Origin: Amoebophrya sp. A120
Taxonomy: Eukaryota; Protista; Dinoflagellata
Assembly: GCA_905178155.1 (NCBI GenBank)
Contig: CAJINV010000007.1
Coordinates: 2,151,151 to 2,215,150, forward strand
Reading direction: 5' to 3'
Length of the DNA: 64,000 nt
Under the pieces are notes generated by a model, which did not search any database, had not been told where the DNA came from, and was given only the letters and a program-made list of their open reading frames with translations. Positions 24,426 through 38,400 of this stretch are shown here, piece by piece; positions within the stretch are counted from its first letter, which is position 1; every line of letters starts with the position of its first letter. The position numbers and the translations under genes were made by a program.

Positions 24426-26750
24426 CTCACTTCTTTATCAGGGGCTTCTTCGCCTCAGCCGCGTCCTGCAGCGATCGCAGTTCGATGTCGATTCGCTCGA
24501 TCTCCTTGTAGCTATCCGGCTTCAGACTTTCCGGGTACCACTGGTACCGCAAGTCTTCCCGCGCGGGTCGCATGCCGATGCCCGCCTCTGTATTTTTGTT
24601 GTATCATTTTCATTGATGTGTATTTATTTTTCTGGGTTAAGGTAAAAGGTCAACATCATAGCCTGAGTGCATACATTTGCACTTCGTCTTCGTTTTGGTT
24701 TTGCATCACAGAAATTTAGATGCCCATGTCCAAAGAAAAAACTATAGAAAATACCCATTCTATCCACGTAGTTGTTCATGCTGCTCTCTACCACATGCTC
24801 GCGAATGTAGCCCCTGTCCGACCCGAGAAAAAAGAGGAACAGCCGGTAGCAAATGTCGAGGATGAAAACTGTTTATGGTTTCTTGCATACCTTGCATGAC
24901 AAAACCAAAAGCAATAGCTTGCACATGACAACTTGCATCTACTGAGGAACCCATTCAAAATCCACCTCGTCTGAATCTGGAATAAAACTTGCATCAAGAT
25001 GAATATACGTGCCCTGAGAACGACGAAGATCAGGATCGTGAAGTCCAAACTGGGGTCACAGCTGCCCATGAACAATGTCAAAACTTCAGGTATCTCCGCC
25101 ATCAGGGCTAGGGTCGTCATCACCGGGACCCAGATGAAGACTATCGCGAGCGCGACGCCACCGGTCAACGCGCCAGCGAGCATGTAGGACCTGTGCGTGT
25201 AGTATATTTGTTTATTATTTCAACGTACTTGTTCTGGCACGTTTTTTCTCATTCTTGCCAATTGCACTACTTATCAGACAAAAAATCCGTCACAACTACA
25301 TCAAAAAATCCGCCACTTTCACACCCTTTCGGAGTCCCTGCTATGTCCGCGAATATGACCGCAAGTTTGGAAGATTTTCCTAACGCTGCTTTTCGCTTCG
25401 CCGCGTCCATTGACCGGCTCATCTCAACTCCGTCTCCATCGTAAAACTGGGCTAATCTTCTGCCATAGCCTTTCGGATCCACATCCAGTGCGGAGTAAAC
25501 GGGCGAAAGGCAGATTAGCACCTGATAGTTGTCACGAGCATGAGCTTTTCTTGTCCTGTTGCAGGTGACTGATTTTCGCATCTTCAAAAAGATTTTATCT
25601 TTAAATCCCTGCGCCTGCTGCACTCTCGTTCATCAGTGCATGTTGACAAAATTATAAAATCACGATGAGTCGATATTAAATACGAAGAGCGCGAACAGTA
25701 TCGCTCCCGCGACACTGATGCTGCTATCGATGTTGAGCCACAGCATGGCCACGTGGTCGCACTTCCGCATGTTGGTGTAGGTCAGGCACGCCGTCAGCTC
25801 GAGGCACGCGAAGCAGAAGTAGGGCAGCTGAAAGCTCGAGAACCAGCAGATGTACTTCTGATAGAGCGTGCTAATCTCGCCGGGCTCGAGTTTCATAATC
25901 ATCGGGAGGTCCTTTTCGCTTCTTGATGGAGGTGAAAGTATCTGATGCCGAGTTCATCTTGTCGATGGGCCAAGTTTTTTTGGCGCGACGTACTAGAAGT
26001 ACATCTTCAAGAGCAGGAACATGCACGACGACGCTCAAAATTTGAATTTGCCTTTATCATAGCATTGGAATTGGAAACGGAATGCAAGTTTTCAAATTTC
26101 AACTGAAGATGCATACTAGAAGTCGGAGGATGTAGTTGTAGTTGTGTGTCAACAGGAGCTCCGAACTCGATCAAACTTTCTACACGGCCATAGGTCCAGC
26201 ATTCGTTGCGCCAGGCCGAGTATTTCTTCTTTCTTATCTTGGAGGTCGCGTCTGGAGTTACATTTTTTGATGATACGTTGAGTTGTAGTACTTCAAGCAT
26301 CACATATACGAAAAGCTCTGCTCTTTCCTCTGCTCCTGCAAATCGACCTACGAAAAACGGTATAGATACATTTTCCTTTTCGACCCATCATCTGGTGGCA
26401 TTGGCATCGGTGGTGGCACCCCCTCGCCCTCGTTTTTGATGGGTTTCATCTTCTTTTTGCGCTCCTCCTCAAGCTCCCGCTCTTTCTGCTCCTTTTCCTT
26501 CCGCATTTTCTCCTTGTCAAGGTCCGCCTGCTCCTTGTCCCGCTTCGCAGCCGCAAGCTCTGCATCGAGCTTGCTCTGTTGGAAGTTTTTTGTAATGGTG
26601 TAAATTTTCGACAGTGCTGCTTAGAGGCGGCGCCATAACAATGCAAAGTGGAGGAGCTGCAGCAGGTGCAATGAGAACGAGAAGCCAAATGCGAAGACTG
26701 AAAGTAGATCTTACCGTGTCCGGAGGTTTCCCGCCGCCACAACACGCCAT
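24426..26750 (-). CDS. Multi-exon hypothetical membrane protein (N-terminal MACC, coiled coil, several TM segments)
   Basis: GC3-rich exons can be joined by plausible splice sites: MACCGGGKPPDT|SKLDAELAAAK..., ...YQKYICWFSSFQLPYFCF..., ...LAIVFIWVPVMTTLAL..., ...EDLRYQWYPES... Some junctions are uncertain. Confidence 0.6.
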
Positions 26751-27327
26751 TTTCTTTGTCGGTTATCTGTTTATTTCGACACAAACTTGGTGCTAACGAT
26801 CGACTGAAAGAACAATGTGAAGCACCTTGACTTTTTCTTTTCCTCCAACCTTTCCGGTGCCAGCTCTTGGGTGCTGGGACCTCTAGTTCACACACCTAAA
26901 CGGCCGCAAGCACTCACGCACTCGCAATAAACATATGACACTTATTTTCCTATCTCAGCAGCACGCGCAGTCGGTCCGGTGATAGCTTGCACAACTACAC
27001 AATGCTCTCTCATCAACGACCGATGTGGCGGCAGATAGTTGCTGTCTCTCACCTCAAAACCAAGCCAGCCTGAGGGGTAAGAGCCAGCGTATGCTACGCT
27101 GCGGTTGCGGCCCTTCATGTATTTGATGCAGCGACTGATCAGGTCAAAGTAGCGCGAACGCCAATTCGCAGCCACGGCACTAGTTTGAATTTGGCGTCGT
27201 GCGTTTTTCGTTTTGTCAAGGGAGTCTCAAGTTCTTATTTCTATAGTGCTTTAGCTTTTCCTTCTACTTAATCAAATCAGTGCACTTTCCGCAGCGCTGC
27301 AGTACTTAGCATAGATTTTAATTTTTT

Positions 27328-29835
27328 TCACAAACCAAAACTGTCCTCCCGGGGATCGACCTGTCGCACGGGCGCGTACTGCCCACGATTCGTAGCGCTG
27401 CTGGTGGGACTACTGGCAACACTCCAAGACCCGCCAACAGAAAACAACCTCGACGCCATGTTTTGCAACGACGACAAAGACGCTGCAAAAGGAATGTGAA
27501 TCATCCCGGGAGAGCCAATCCCTTTGCGAGGGTTCCCAAAACTACCGCCGCCCTCGTCGTCATATGTCAATTCGTGGGCAGTGATGCGCATGAGTTGCGG
27601 TGAGTCCGCACTTAGCTCGTCGTGGTTTCCAAAATTGTTGTATCGCGCAGATGAAAGAGAAAGCGGTCCATTCGATGGGTATTGAGTTTTCGACGCTGTT
27701 GAAGTGCTGGGACTCGCTTGCATCTCCAGTGCGGTTCTGTTCCGCACGAAGCTTTGCTTTTCCTCGTCGTAATAGTGCTCCTGTCCATCTCCACCATCCT
27801 CCAGGTCGTATTCCGCAATGATCGCCCTGCCACTTTTTCGCCCGTGTGATTTATTTGACGACGAAGATGAGGAGCCAGCATGTTGACCCGACGAGGACGA
27901 TGTTTTTGCGATTCCGTACAGCAAGACTCCTACCTGGCCGGACGCGACGCCGACCAACTGCCAGTAATTCAGCTTTTCGCGGAAAACCACCATCCCCGCG
28001 ACAATCAGCAACAGATTGTGACAAACGCCGAAGATGCACAGAGTCAGTGCGCTGGTGAGCTGCAACACCCGGAGCTCCGCTAAGAGCAGGCTCATGACCG
28101 CAAGCCCGATGCTGGTCAAGCGGATTAGCAAGTGAATCCCCTCGTAGGTGAGGAAGTGCGCGAACATGGGGGTGACAAAGGTCAGAAACGCGTTCGGCTC
28201 GAAAAGAAAACTGCCAACCGCCAGGACCACACCCGTAATTGGTGCGGTATGGAGCAGCAGCTCGCAGGGCCCGGAAAACTCGTGCACCAGTCGCTGCATC
28301 AGCGCCCAGCGCGTGCACCCGCACAAAGGCGCCATCACACCGAAAAACAGGCCAAGGTGGGAGACGTTTGTCCAGGCAGTTTTAGGTGCGATACCGGCGG
28401 AGGCGGAGGCGTTCGTCGTGGACGAGATTGCTGCCGTTGTTGGCAAGTCTACCACAACATCCAGAACCCCATGATTGGGTGGAGGAGATGGCACTACAAC
28501 TGAAGGGGTGGAGGACACCGCCAAGGCCGACGTTGCGTCTCCTGTACTAAGTTCTGCTGCATTTGCTGGTGTTAGTACCACCCCGCCACTTCCAGGATCC
28601 TGGCACAGAAATATCCCGCCGATGCTGCAACACAAGATCGCAATTAGCACGGTGCGGCTGCTGTGAAATTCCAGCCCCATCAGCCGACACACGACGTACA
28701 TGCAGAGCGGCTGCAGGCTGTGCATGGTGGTTCGAACGACCAAAGGGAGGTAGTAGAGGGAGGAGTTCGCCGCGCCGATTTCCAGTCCACCAATGAAGCC
28801 GACAATCAGAACCGTGTTTCTCCTTGCATGGACGATGTCCGCTTGATGGGATAGTTGTGTCGCTGTCGCACTGCTAGTAGTATAATTCGGAGAACGTCTC
28901 TGAGGTGGACTACTCGCTACTGTACTACTTTCACCAGTTGCAAAGCTCGGACTACCACCAGGCTTCCGGAGGTTCGGACTTCCCCCGGTTCCTCCGCCGT
29001 CATCTTTGACGAGGGTTGAGGTTGACAGTCCACCAGGTCGGGGCGGTGATGCCATATTGATTCCGCTACTGGCACCAGCCACGTCAAACATTTCTCGGTC
29101 CTGCTCACTCGTGCCGTGCGCAGATACTGAGCCAATGGTAGAGGCGCTAGTGCTGGCTTCGGCTTCTCCCGTGGCAGCGGTGGAGATATCATCATGATAG
29201 TCGGTTGTCTTTCTACCGCTGGAGCTGCTGTTGCCTTTCTCATGTAGCCGGCCATTGTGCATGCCATCATGATCCACATCGTCCTCACCGTCGGGGAAAA
29301 GAAAATCCAGGCAGGATTTCGCTGCTCCGCTTGTTTCGCCCAACGAAGATATTGCTGCTCCGGTACTACTCCTTTTCTGCTTGATATTCCAGTGCCAGGC
29401 ACAGCAAAGGAAACTCATAACAATATTCGACCACGCGGATAGGAAAAGTGGGTAGGGGAACTCTCCGGTAGAAGTACCGTTTTGCTGCGAGGTGGATTCC
29501 GATTTTTTGTTCGCATTTGATGAAGCTGATGAACCAGCAGGAGTTGATGGTGTGGTGCCATCCTGCTTATCATCATGCTCTCCTGCTGGAGGTGCAAAGT
29601 CAATCCCAGAAGATCCAGCATTTTTCGTCTCGGAGGCAGACACAGAACCAGAACCGGCGTTGCTGGCAAGCACCGGCGCACCGCCCTCCTTCCCGAGCAA
29701 GAGCTTGCTCTGCGAAATAACATAGACGCCCAGGCCCCACCAAACTAGAAGACACACGATGATCTGAACCGTTTTGGGGCAGGCAAACTTCTTGCTTGCT
29801 CGTAGAGCAGACAAAGGGGACGACTGGACGGCCAT
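27328..29835 (-). CDS. Nucleotide-sugar/triose-phosphate transporter family protein (SLC35C2-like)
   Basis: FPYPLFLS, GLEIGAANSSLYYLPL, CGCTRWALMQRL and ELRVLQLTSALTLCIFG motifs; about 10 hydrophobic helices with low-complexity loops. Confidence 0.85.
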   Translation of the reverse strand: MAVQSSPLSALRASKKFACPKTVQIIVCLLVWWGLGVYVISQSKLLLGKEGGAPVLASNAGSGSVSASETKNAGSSGIDFAPPAGEHDDKQDGTTPSTPAGSSASSNANKKSESTSQQNGTSTGEFPYPLFLSAWSNIVMSFLCCAWHWNIKQKRSSTGAAISSLGETSGAAKSCLDFLFPDGEDDVDHDGMHNGRLHEKGNSSSSGRKTTDYHDDISTAATGEAEASTSASTIGSVSAHGTSEQDREMFDVAGASSGINMASPPRPGGLSTSTLVKDDGGGTGGSPNLRKPGGSPSFATGESSTVASSPPQRRSPNYTTSSATATQLSHQADIVHARRNTVLIVGFIGGLEIGAANSSLYYLPLVVRTTMHSLQPLCMYVVCRLMGLEFHSSRTVLIAILCCSIGGIFLCQDPGSGGVVLTPANAAELSTGDATSALAVSSTPSVVVPSPPPNHGVLDVVVDLPTTAAISSTTNASASAGIAPKTAWTNVSHLGLFFGVMAPLCGCTRWALMQRLVHEFSGPCELLLHTAPITGVVLAVGSFLFEPNAFLTFVTPMFAHFLTYEGIHLLIRLTSIGLAVMSLLLAELRVLQLTSALTLCIFGVCHNLLLIVAGMVVFREKLNYWQLVGVASGQVGVLLYGIAKTSSSSGQHAGSSSSSSNKSHGRKSGRAIIAEYDLEDGGDGQEHYYDEEKQSFVRNRTALEMQASPSTSTASKTQYPSNGPLSLSSARYNNFGNHDELSADSPQLMRITAHELTYDDEGGGSFGNPRKGIGSPGMIHIPFAASLSSLQNMASRLFSVGGSWSVASSPTSSATNRGQYAPVRQVDPREDSFGL

Positions 29836-31054
29836 GTAGTGATGTACTAGACGGAAATATGCTACTTTACACTGACTTACCTTCAATGCAACCCCAGCCA
29901 CGAGGACATATTGATGAAACGAATGGAAGGAACAACATCACTTAATAGCGGATCAAGGTCAGGTAATTGCGTTTGCGTTATGGTAATGTTACTCCTACGC
30001 TAGCATGAGGTAAAGGCATCTTCGTGTTGCCGGTGCGATTCGTGAAATATAATTTGCGGATACACGACTTCGTCTACTTACTAGCATGTGCTTCTCCAGC
30101 AGTTTTTCCTCAAGCCCTCGAGTTTCAAATATCACAATTACTCCGCAAGCTCACGCTGTGCTACGGGAAAGGCTGACGGTATTCAAGTATTTATGATGCT
30201 CATGGTAGCAAACCTGTAGAAGTTGTTGGTGTTACTTACAGACCTTTGTGCTTGTACTTCGTAATGACAGAATGTAGAATCTTCTGACCGACGGCCCCGA
30301 CTAGTATCTTGGTGCGCTAGTGGAAGATATGGATCTGTTCTCATTCGCTTTCACCTTGGCGTGAAGGTTTCGATAAAGAGGTGATCGTGTTCGAGTTCGT
30401 GATCCTGTCTGGTTTCAGTTGCCGGTTCCTCGTAGTACTTGCAGACACGAAATGTGCTGCAGCAGCTGCAGACATCGACTTCGACCCCATAACACGAAAT
30501 GTTGCTACTCGTGCTGCGCTTGTTCCTTTCTTGCGGCGCAGCAGAAGGATTGATTTCCTATGTCGTATCTTCTGATGCAATCGTTCTTTCGGATGAGAAA
30601 CTCCGGACTCCAAAGAAACTTTTCATTTTGTACAACAAAACGAGAGTCGCTGGTAGTACTTTTAGTGGCACTTAATTTTCTACCAGGGCATTCTTTGCAT
30701 TTTTGTGCATGGATGTGCTCCACCAGGTCGTAACTCTAACAACATTTTCGAGCGCAAAACATATGTACATTCGGATTTTTTCCGTATTTTATGCCTTCAA
30801 ATATACGGCGTCAATTCTGACAAGTGCGCAGCATGCTGCCCTTGTCATAGAGCGGAGCCGTCAAAGATACGAGTCGCTAGTCGCTTCGTCCTAATCCTGT
30901 GTGTTTGATCCTCGACAAGAATAGGTACTACAGGAGCAATAGATACGAAGTACACTCACACAAGCGTCGAGTTCTTGAGAATCTGCACAACAGACTGACA
31001 GGAAATGAAGAAGTTAAGTACGAGATGAAGAGAATCACAGCTATTCTACTTCTT

Positions 31055-32792
31055 CTAACCAATATCCATCATACTACCGCTGCTGTCCCGGTCTTCCATA
31101 AAACCGCTTTCCACGCTGTTGTCCCGCTCCATCTGACCAGCGATTCCCGTCACACTACTACTCGACGCAGTTGGATACACGGTCGGCTCCTCGTACACCA
31201 TGATCGCCAGGCCCTGATTCTGCGCTCCGTTTGGCCGCAGCAGTGTGGCGGAATTTGTGTTTTGTTGCTGATGTGATGCACTAGCGGCTGTTGTTCCGCT
31301 GTGATTGTCGTGTCGATTCGTCCCGACCAAACTGCTTCGCGCGGCCTGTTGGTGCTGCTGGGCGAACACCTGCGGCAGGCCAAGAAACTGGTTTTGCTGC
31401 AGGTGGATATGGGAAATCGAAGGCTCGAACTGCACGGAACCTGAGTTTTTTTTCGAACTGTAAGTATACTAAAGAGTGCTTAACCAGAACCAGAAGCTTC
31501 TTCATCATATCGTCTTGCTAGCGAGAAGCGGTAGAAGCAAGCTGCTCATCAAGGGAATTCTTTACTCCTGTGCAAGGCAGCAAGAGCAACGTTACCCAAA
31601 GGCAAAGACCACGAGAAGCAGGAAGAAAGCAAACAATTGTACGTGGGATGCTGGTGCCCGTTTGTCCCCTCTGCTGGATCTGCGCAATTTGTTCCTCGGG
31701 GGACTGGTATGGGATAATGGCGTAGGGGTGATACGGTGGCGTCGGTGCGGAACTCAGATTGGTCACACCCGCAATTTCCAGTGGCCGCGGAATCCGCTCC
31801 TTCTTTTCCTCGTTTTCATCCGCATCGTCTGAGGAGAGTGAGGTGGTTTTCTGCAGAAGGTCGTTTGCTGTTCTGCTACTTCTCCGTTCGGCGTAGTTCA
31901 TCTTACTATCTACCATACTGACATTCGGACTGGAGTGTGGCGTCTTCGATGTTGTTGAGAGCGGATGCTTAGGGAAGATTGCCATGTTCGTTGCCGAGGA
32001 ATCGGGTGGGCCCACCATGCTTGTTCCGTCGAACGATGGCGTTTGGCGGTTACTCTGTAGAAACTGACGGCCCGCCGTCCCTGCTGTTGTTGTTCTACCA
32101 CTTCTTCCCTGGTGGTTCATTGCTGAAGACGACGACGATGCAGCAAGCGTGTTCTCCGTCAACAGCCCGTGCATGTGTCCACCGCCTCCAATTGCGTTTG
32201 CGAGCAACTCTCTGTCTCCGTCCGTCACGGGGCTGAGCGCGCTGCAGGCCAGGTCGTCGGTTTGCTCAGGCCGGGGAACTACTGCCTGTGCTGAAGACGC
32301 TACGCCATACGGTCCAGGTCTGTAATGGTCAGACATCGTGCTCCCGCCCAACGTCCGCGGTGACCAGAGAGACTGACCAAGTAGAGAAGAAGATGAATGA
32401 CTGTGACTCTGGTCTCCAGTAGCTCCCGCGAGCCCGCCTGTGTGTAACGCCAGGTGGTGGCTCGAAGTCGTGCCAAATGTTGGCGTCATTGGAGGCTGCT
32501 GTTGGTAAGCGGACGATGAGGCGGAGGCGGAGCTGGACGAAGATGCGATCCCTGGAGCTGCTGCTAGTCCTGTACTTGCTGCTGCGCTGCCAAATGGCTG
32601 GGCTGATGAAAGATTTCTCGACGAGCTACTGGAGGAGCCACCAACGAGAGTTGAAGTTGCGACATTCGGATCCATTTTTCGCATTTTTGAAGCCAGCTCG
32701 TGGTCGATGTCATGGTCGGCGACTGGACGTGCGCGTTTCGCCAGATACACGGAGCCCCAGTCGAAGGCCGGACGCTGCGATTGGTCGCTCAT
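31055..32792 (-). CDS. Low-complexity Ser/Gln-rich hypothetical protein, about 3 exons
   Basis: 424-aa ORF with an AAAAAAATG start, plus 3' exons (DMMKKLLVL|FEPSISH...AIMVYEEP) joinable by GT-AG introns. Confidence 0.6.
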
Positions 32793-34115
32793 TTTTTTGA
32801 CGTCTGTACTCAGTCCTTGTGGAGCGCTGCAAAAACACTACTCACAACCACACGACCGCTTGACTAGTATCATGTCCTCGTCAATGCGCAGCTTGACTCG
32901 CGAGACGAGGCTCAAGAACATGCACGCTTCTATACTCACTCTACCACAGATAGCACAGCGTCACACACTTGTATACACGTACACTAATATCGCGTCCCTT
33001 GAGCGCACGTCAACACAAATTCGCTATGGAACCGCGGCCGCTGTGAGATGATGGAGGGAGTTCTTTCCTTTCTTGTGCTCGTTGCAATTTTGACTCAGCT
33101 GCATCTTCAGTCGGTTTCTCTCATGGATCTGTATGCTGCGCAAGACACGCTCGGTTGGATGAAATGCGCAAGTTCAGGGACCAGAACCTTACTTCCTGTC
33201 GTGTCGTGTCACCTGCACGCGCACATGCAACGGGCAATTCAAATTCACAAATGGCCATTTAACGAATCATCATTTACTCTCGAAGAACTTCATTGCCTTC
33301 AATTTCTCGGTGCACGCTAGAACTGCTTCGTTTCCCGGGCACCATGAATAGAAGATTCTCCTTCTCGTTTTTCTATTGCCGTCAGGAGAAGGGCGTCCTG
33401 TGAAAGACCTGGACCTGCTCTGTGAACGTCGATCAGTAACACAGAAACGCACAGCAAGTAGCAACTTCGCATGTGACAGAATTCCTCCCTCAACGCGTGG
33501 CTGAACACTATCTAAATTGCGTCCTCAATTCAACAGCCAAAATCACGCGCTGGTGCTTGGCAGTATGATTGCTTTCCTGCTTTGGAAAATTCGCTATGTT
33601 TAGGAAAGATCTCTCACCACATTTGCTTCTCCCCAAAAGAACTACAAGCACCCTGCCTCAAAACCGCCACTCTGTGACCATTCCTGTCGTCTGGCCATCG
33701 TGTCATACGTCAAAAGTCTCAAGCAATTGGCTCCAACGCTCTTCTCCTTCTAGAGGGACATTTGCACTCCGCCGCAAGAACGTTTTTTTAGAATTGACAA
33801 AACAAGTATTACTTTCATTTAGTTTTCATGTAGAAAGTATTCTCGTCACCGAGTGAAAAAGCGACACAGGGATTCATGTAGTGAAGGGGAGATTGAACTA
33901 GAATTACACGAGTTGGAAAAGAAACTGAAACAAAAACGTTCAAATAAGGGCTCATCTACTTTATATATACTTACTCCTAAAAGCTCAGGGTGAAACGTGT
34001 GAGTGACGTGTGAAAAGAAGACTAAAGAACCCGCCGCACTAGTATCTAAATCAACTGTCTCAGTCGATTTCCCTCGAGATGTCGTCTATCTACTGTTTCC
34101 ACCTTCAGCGATCAT

Positions 34116-34673
34116 TTAGGCGACGCTGCACATCTTGCAGCAGTCCCCCTCCTCGTAGGTTTCCTTGGTACCCATGGGGCAGCTGAGCGGTGGGCAGAAA
34201 ATCGGGACCGGATCAAAGCAGCTGGACGGGGCATTCGGGTGCGTCTCGGCGCCCTTGGCGAGCTCCGGGGTCTTGCCGGGGATTACGACCTGAATTTGAA
34301 TATTTCGGTAACGAGTACAATTTTTTTTTTTGAAAAAGATTGTAGAATTGGGTTGGGTTTTATCGCAGAGATTCTCTTGCTCCATGCGCATTCCGAACCT
34401 CAACACGCTATTAGGGCAAGAACGCCATCACGGTTTAAAGCATTTATACAGTGGTTTCAAGTTCAACAAACATGGACCACATACCGATTCCGAAAAGCAG
34501 ACCGGGCAGCAGGTTCCGGCGTCTTGGGCGGATTTAAACTCGAAGGGGGCCGGGCAGGAGATAGAGCCACACGTGATTCCCTCGCAAGCCGGGAGCACTG
34601 GAGCTGCCGGCTGGAACATTTGCGCCACCGCACATGAAGCAAACGACGTCGCAGCAACAAGCAACAGCCGCAT
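34116..34673 (-). CDS. Small secreted cysteine-rich protein (two VWC-like CxxxxC...CCxxC modules)
   Basis: Signal peptide MRLLLVAATSFASCAVA. GT-AG intron 34290-34484. Modules CGSISCP...TCCPVC and CPPLSCP...DCCKMC. Confidence 0.85.
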
Positions 34674-35420
34674 TTTAATTGTTGTTTCCCTCTAGTACCG
34701 CAAGTTTAGATGATCCTCTCGACACTCTCTGCTTTAAAAGTGCTGCTGGTCGCGATCCCCGTCCGCCTTACTATAAAGCCAAAGTGAACAACTTTATGAT
34801 TTGACCACGCTTGTGCTCATGCTTTTGGAACTCACTCCTGGATGTCAGGTCGACAGAACAACGGAAGATCCGAAAACGCCGAACAACAAAAAGCGAAAGA
34901 GTTTCTGTCAGAAAAAGATTCCTCAAGCGTTTCTTTCAAGTGCGACGCAAAGAAACTGCGTCTGAAATTGTAAAAACTATAAAACGCACCATGAAACGAT
35001 GAAACTAAAAGGTTTTGGGCTAGGTTTCATTAGGTTTTGTATACTTGTTTTCTCGGTGTCGGCGAAGTCTTTGGGTAGTACTCATCCTCACACCTTGTCC
35101 TACTTCCAGGATTCATTTCGTGTCTTTAAATTTGCGTTGCTTATGATTTTGGAGATTGGTTGTACTGTACTAGTTTGATGGTCCAAGCATTTGCGAAAGC
35201 CGTCTTTCTATCGTTGCTGACATGAGGTCCGCGTCCTCTGCTGTGAAGTTTCGAGCACGGGCATCGTTCCACTTCTTCGTCATTATTGTTTTATTCTTCT
35301 ACAAGTCTTGTACTGGTTAGTTCGTTACGAAATTCTAAAAAATATCCGCTTCTTTTTTCCGGCCTCCTCGACAGGATAAATCTTGTATCCCGATCGGCGT
35401 GTAATTTTTGACTTCATCTG

Positions 35421-38400
35421 CTATCTCGAGACTCCAACAGCCGTGTAAGCAGGCACCTGCGGCCCCACGTTCGCAACCTGCTGTCCGTTACTACTCATGC
35501 GCGTTTGAGGGTAAAAGCCTGTTCGCAGCGGAGATGAGCTGAAGGCGCGGCTGGGCATCCCCCCGCCCCCGGAGCCTAAATTCAGCAGCATGCGTGGCTG
35601 TGAGACCGGAGGACCCTGTTGTCTCGCGGCTGGTGCAGTGCCGGAGTTACTGCTTGTTGTTTGGCCCGCTGCAGTAGACTGGCTGGCGCTCATTGTTAGT
35701 CTCAGACCTAATTTTTTTGAGTTGATGCAAGAAGTTCTTGTAGGTATACCTACCTCTAAATAAGTATCTAAAAATGTAATGGAGCGTCACGTTGAAAAAC
35801 AAAAAGAACAAGTCCACGTGTCGCATCAGCTCACGAAATTTTTCTCTCTTGCTATTAGGTGGTGAAAAATTTCCGAACCTCCCTGCGCTGGGCTCCATTC
35901 TCTCGCGACAGCAGATCCAGGGCCGGAGGCAACGCCACCCGCCGTGCTAAATTGTAGTCGCGGCGATATCCCGAACCCCGCCTTCATCGTTGGCCCAGCC
36001 GAGGTTGCGCGCTGCGGCTGCACGACGGCAGAGTTGTCCGCGGAAACCATTCGGGTGGCGCTCAGTTGCGGGCTCGCGATGGACATACCTGTCGAAATCG
36101 AAGAGAAGAAATTTTACGAAATTTAAATAATGTTCGGACTTCGACGAGCTTGCTACAGAAGCAGAATTGCAGATTGCACCACCTGATGAAGATCACAAAA
36201 TTGAAAATATCCAAATTTAAATCAGTACATGCCAGTTTCGGTTGCTGGAAATTTAGAACCCCGTTCTTTTGCTTTGGCTTTTGCAGGGCCTTTAAATACT
36301 CCGCAATCGGCAAGAAGCTCGTGCCACCTGAGAGGGTGATTAATGCCAGAGTTTCTAATGCAAGACCTGGAGTGAGACAGTCACTCCTTGGCATTGCTGT
36401 AGTCATGTTCAACAAGTTGTTCTTCTCAAGATCGACAAACTAAATCGCCCACCTTGAACTACTTAATTCTTTACCATCACTGCTCGCGACCACCCTATTA
36501 CTCTCGTCCAGTTTCAGCAAGCACCTTGAATCGCCAAAATTGTACAACCCGTTGCCGACGCGAATCACTGCCCGGTCGAATGCGATCGAGTCTAAAACTT
36601 CCTTCAGCTGTTTCTCCATCTCAATCACTTTCTGCTTCGACGACAATCCACCAGAGGTACTTTTGTGCTTACTCGACTGCTGCGAAGGCTGCGACGGGGC
36701 GGACGCTTGTCTGCTCGGGGGATTGGGCGCAGCTGTTGCTGTCGAGGGCTGAGGTTGTAGTTGTTGGTGGGCGTGATTCTGATTTGTGCTGGAACTAGTA
36801 ACAACTCTTGTGGCGTTCTTTCCTTCTACAACAGGATGATGAGGTGGGCGACGCTCCCCTGGGACGAGCTCCGACGTTGTGCTAGAAATCGGGTCAATGA
36901 CGCGATTAGGTTGAACTAGAGGCGGCGCTGTGGAAGACGCCGACCCGCCGCCAGTGGCGCTTCCTATTGTTCCTATCCCGGCCCTCATCGGATAATTAGC
37001 GGGCGATGCAGCTGTCACTGGGCCCACGGCCGCTTGTACTACGACCGCTGCACTTACCGCGCCAACGCCCCCTGCTGGAACTGCAACTGGTGCTGTCACT
37101 GGCACTCCTTGAGCCTGAGACTGATGCTGCGCCAGCTGCTGTTGTCGTTGTGTCAAAACTTGCGAAGGCATGGTCCTTCTTGCTGGGTAAGAATTGTCGC
37201 GCTGGTGCTGGTGCTGAGGCAGCTGATACTGCGACGCGGCTGCCTGAGCTGCTGCGTCGAGGTGGACGCCAGCGCTCTGCTGAATTTGCCCAGGAGACCC
37301 TGCGGGAAGAAGGTGAGCCGATGGAGGACTGGTCGAGGTTGCGCCGAAGATCGGCGACAGCGCGTTGGGCCGCAAAACCCGCAAATTCTGATTTTGCTGT
37401 TGCTGGATCACGGATGCCGCTGTGGAACTTGTGCTGGATGTCGCACTCGCAGAAGGCGGTATTGTCGCACCTGATCCCCCCATCTGTGGAGGTGCTTGTT
37501 GGGCGCTGCTGATTTGCGGCGGAGGGGAGATGTACTCCTGATAATACTGCGGCGACGGCGTTTGCAGTGCTGCCGTGTGCAGCCCCCCTGGAGGACCCGG
37601 TGTGTGCATCTGCAGAACCGGCTGGTGGCCGTAGCTTTTCGGAGCTGGCGCGTCGAAGGAGGCTGGCCCTGCAGCGCTGCTGGCGTTTAGTAGCGGAGGG
37701 GGAGGCATTTGTCCGATTGATGCTGCAGACGCGGAGGGCGCCGCCGCAGAAGTCGCTGCGGCTGCTCCTCCGCCCCCTGCGATAGCGGTGTTGTTGACAA
37801 AGGGCGGCAATTTGTTGCTCTGCGCCAGGATCAAATAGGGATTTGCCTGTCCGGGCTGTCTGTTCGTATTGGGTGAGGTCACTTTTGCTGCAGCCATGCG
37901 GGAAGGAGAAGAGGTAGTTGCATTCGTTTTCACTCCCTGCTGGTAGTTGTGGTGATCCTGTTGTGGCGAAGAAGCGGCTCCTCGCGCGCGGGAAAAAGTA
38001 GAAGGCACTCCACCTGTGCTACTGATTGCGGGGTTTGTTTGCGGATTGTGTTGCTCTAGAACAGGTGGAGCTGGGAGCACATTGGTGGAGGTTGCTGATT
38101 GCGGTTGTGGTCCAGAACCAGCCATGGCATCGAGCGCAGCTCCACCTTGTTCGCCTATCAGACTCGTATTCTGCGACTGTGCTTGCGTCGCGATGGTCGC
38201 GTGGGTCACCACCGAAACGGATGCGGTACCTAGTCCTCTTGTTTGTTCTGCGTTAGATGTAGTTGCAAGAGTTGTAGTCCCGCCCGCTCCGCCATTCACC
38301 GACCCGTCCGCCCTTGTGGAGGTATCCAGCGTGTTGTCGAAACTGTTTCGCTTGCTGACCCCCTCGCGAATCGACGACAAATCGGACATGGCGCCGTCCA

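Noticed and set aside
25191-25336. GA-AG intron
   Set aside because: An in-phase GT donor lies 12 nt further on, so a non-canonical donor is not needed.
25900-26200. Apparent +1 frameshift or TGGCC direct-repeat intron
   Set aside because: A canonical GT-AG intron (~25942-26183) joins the exons in frame.
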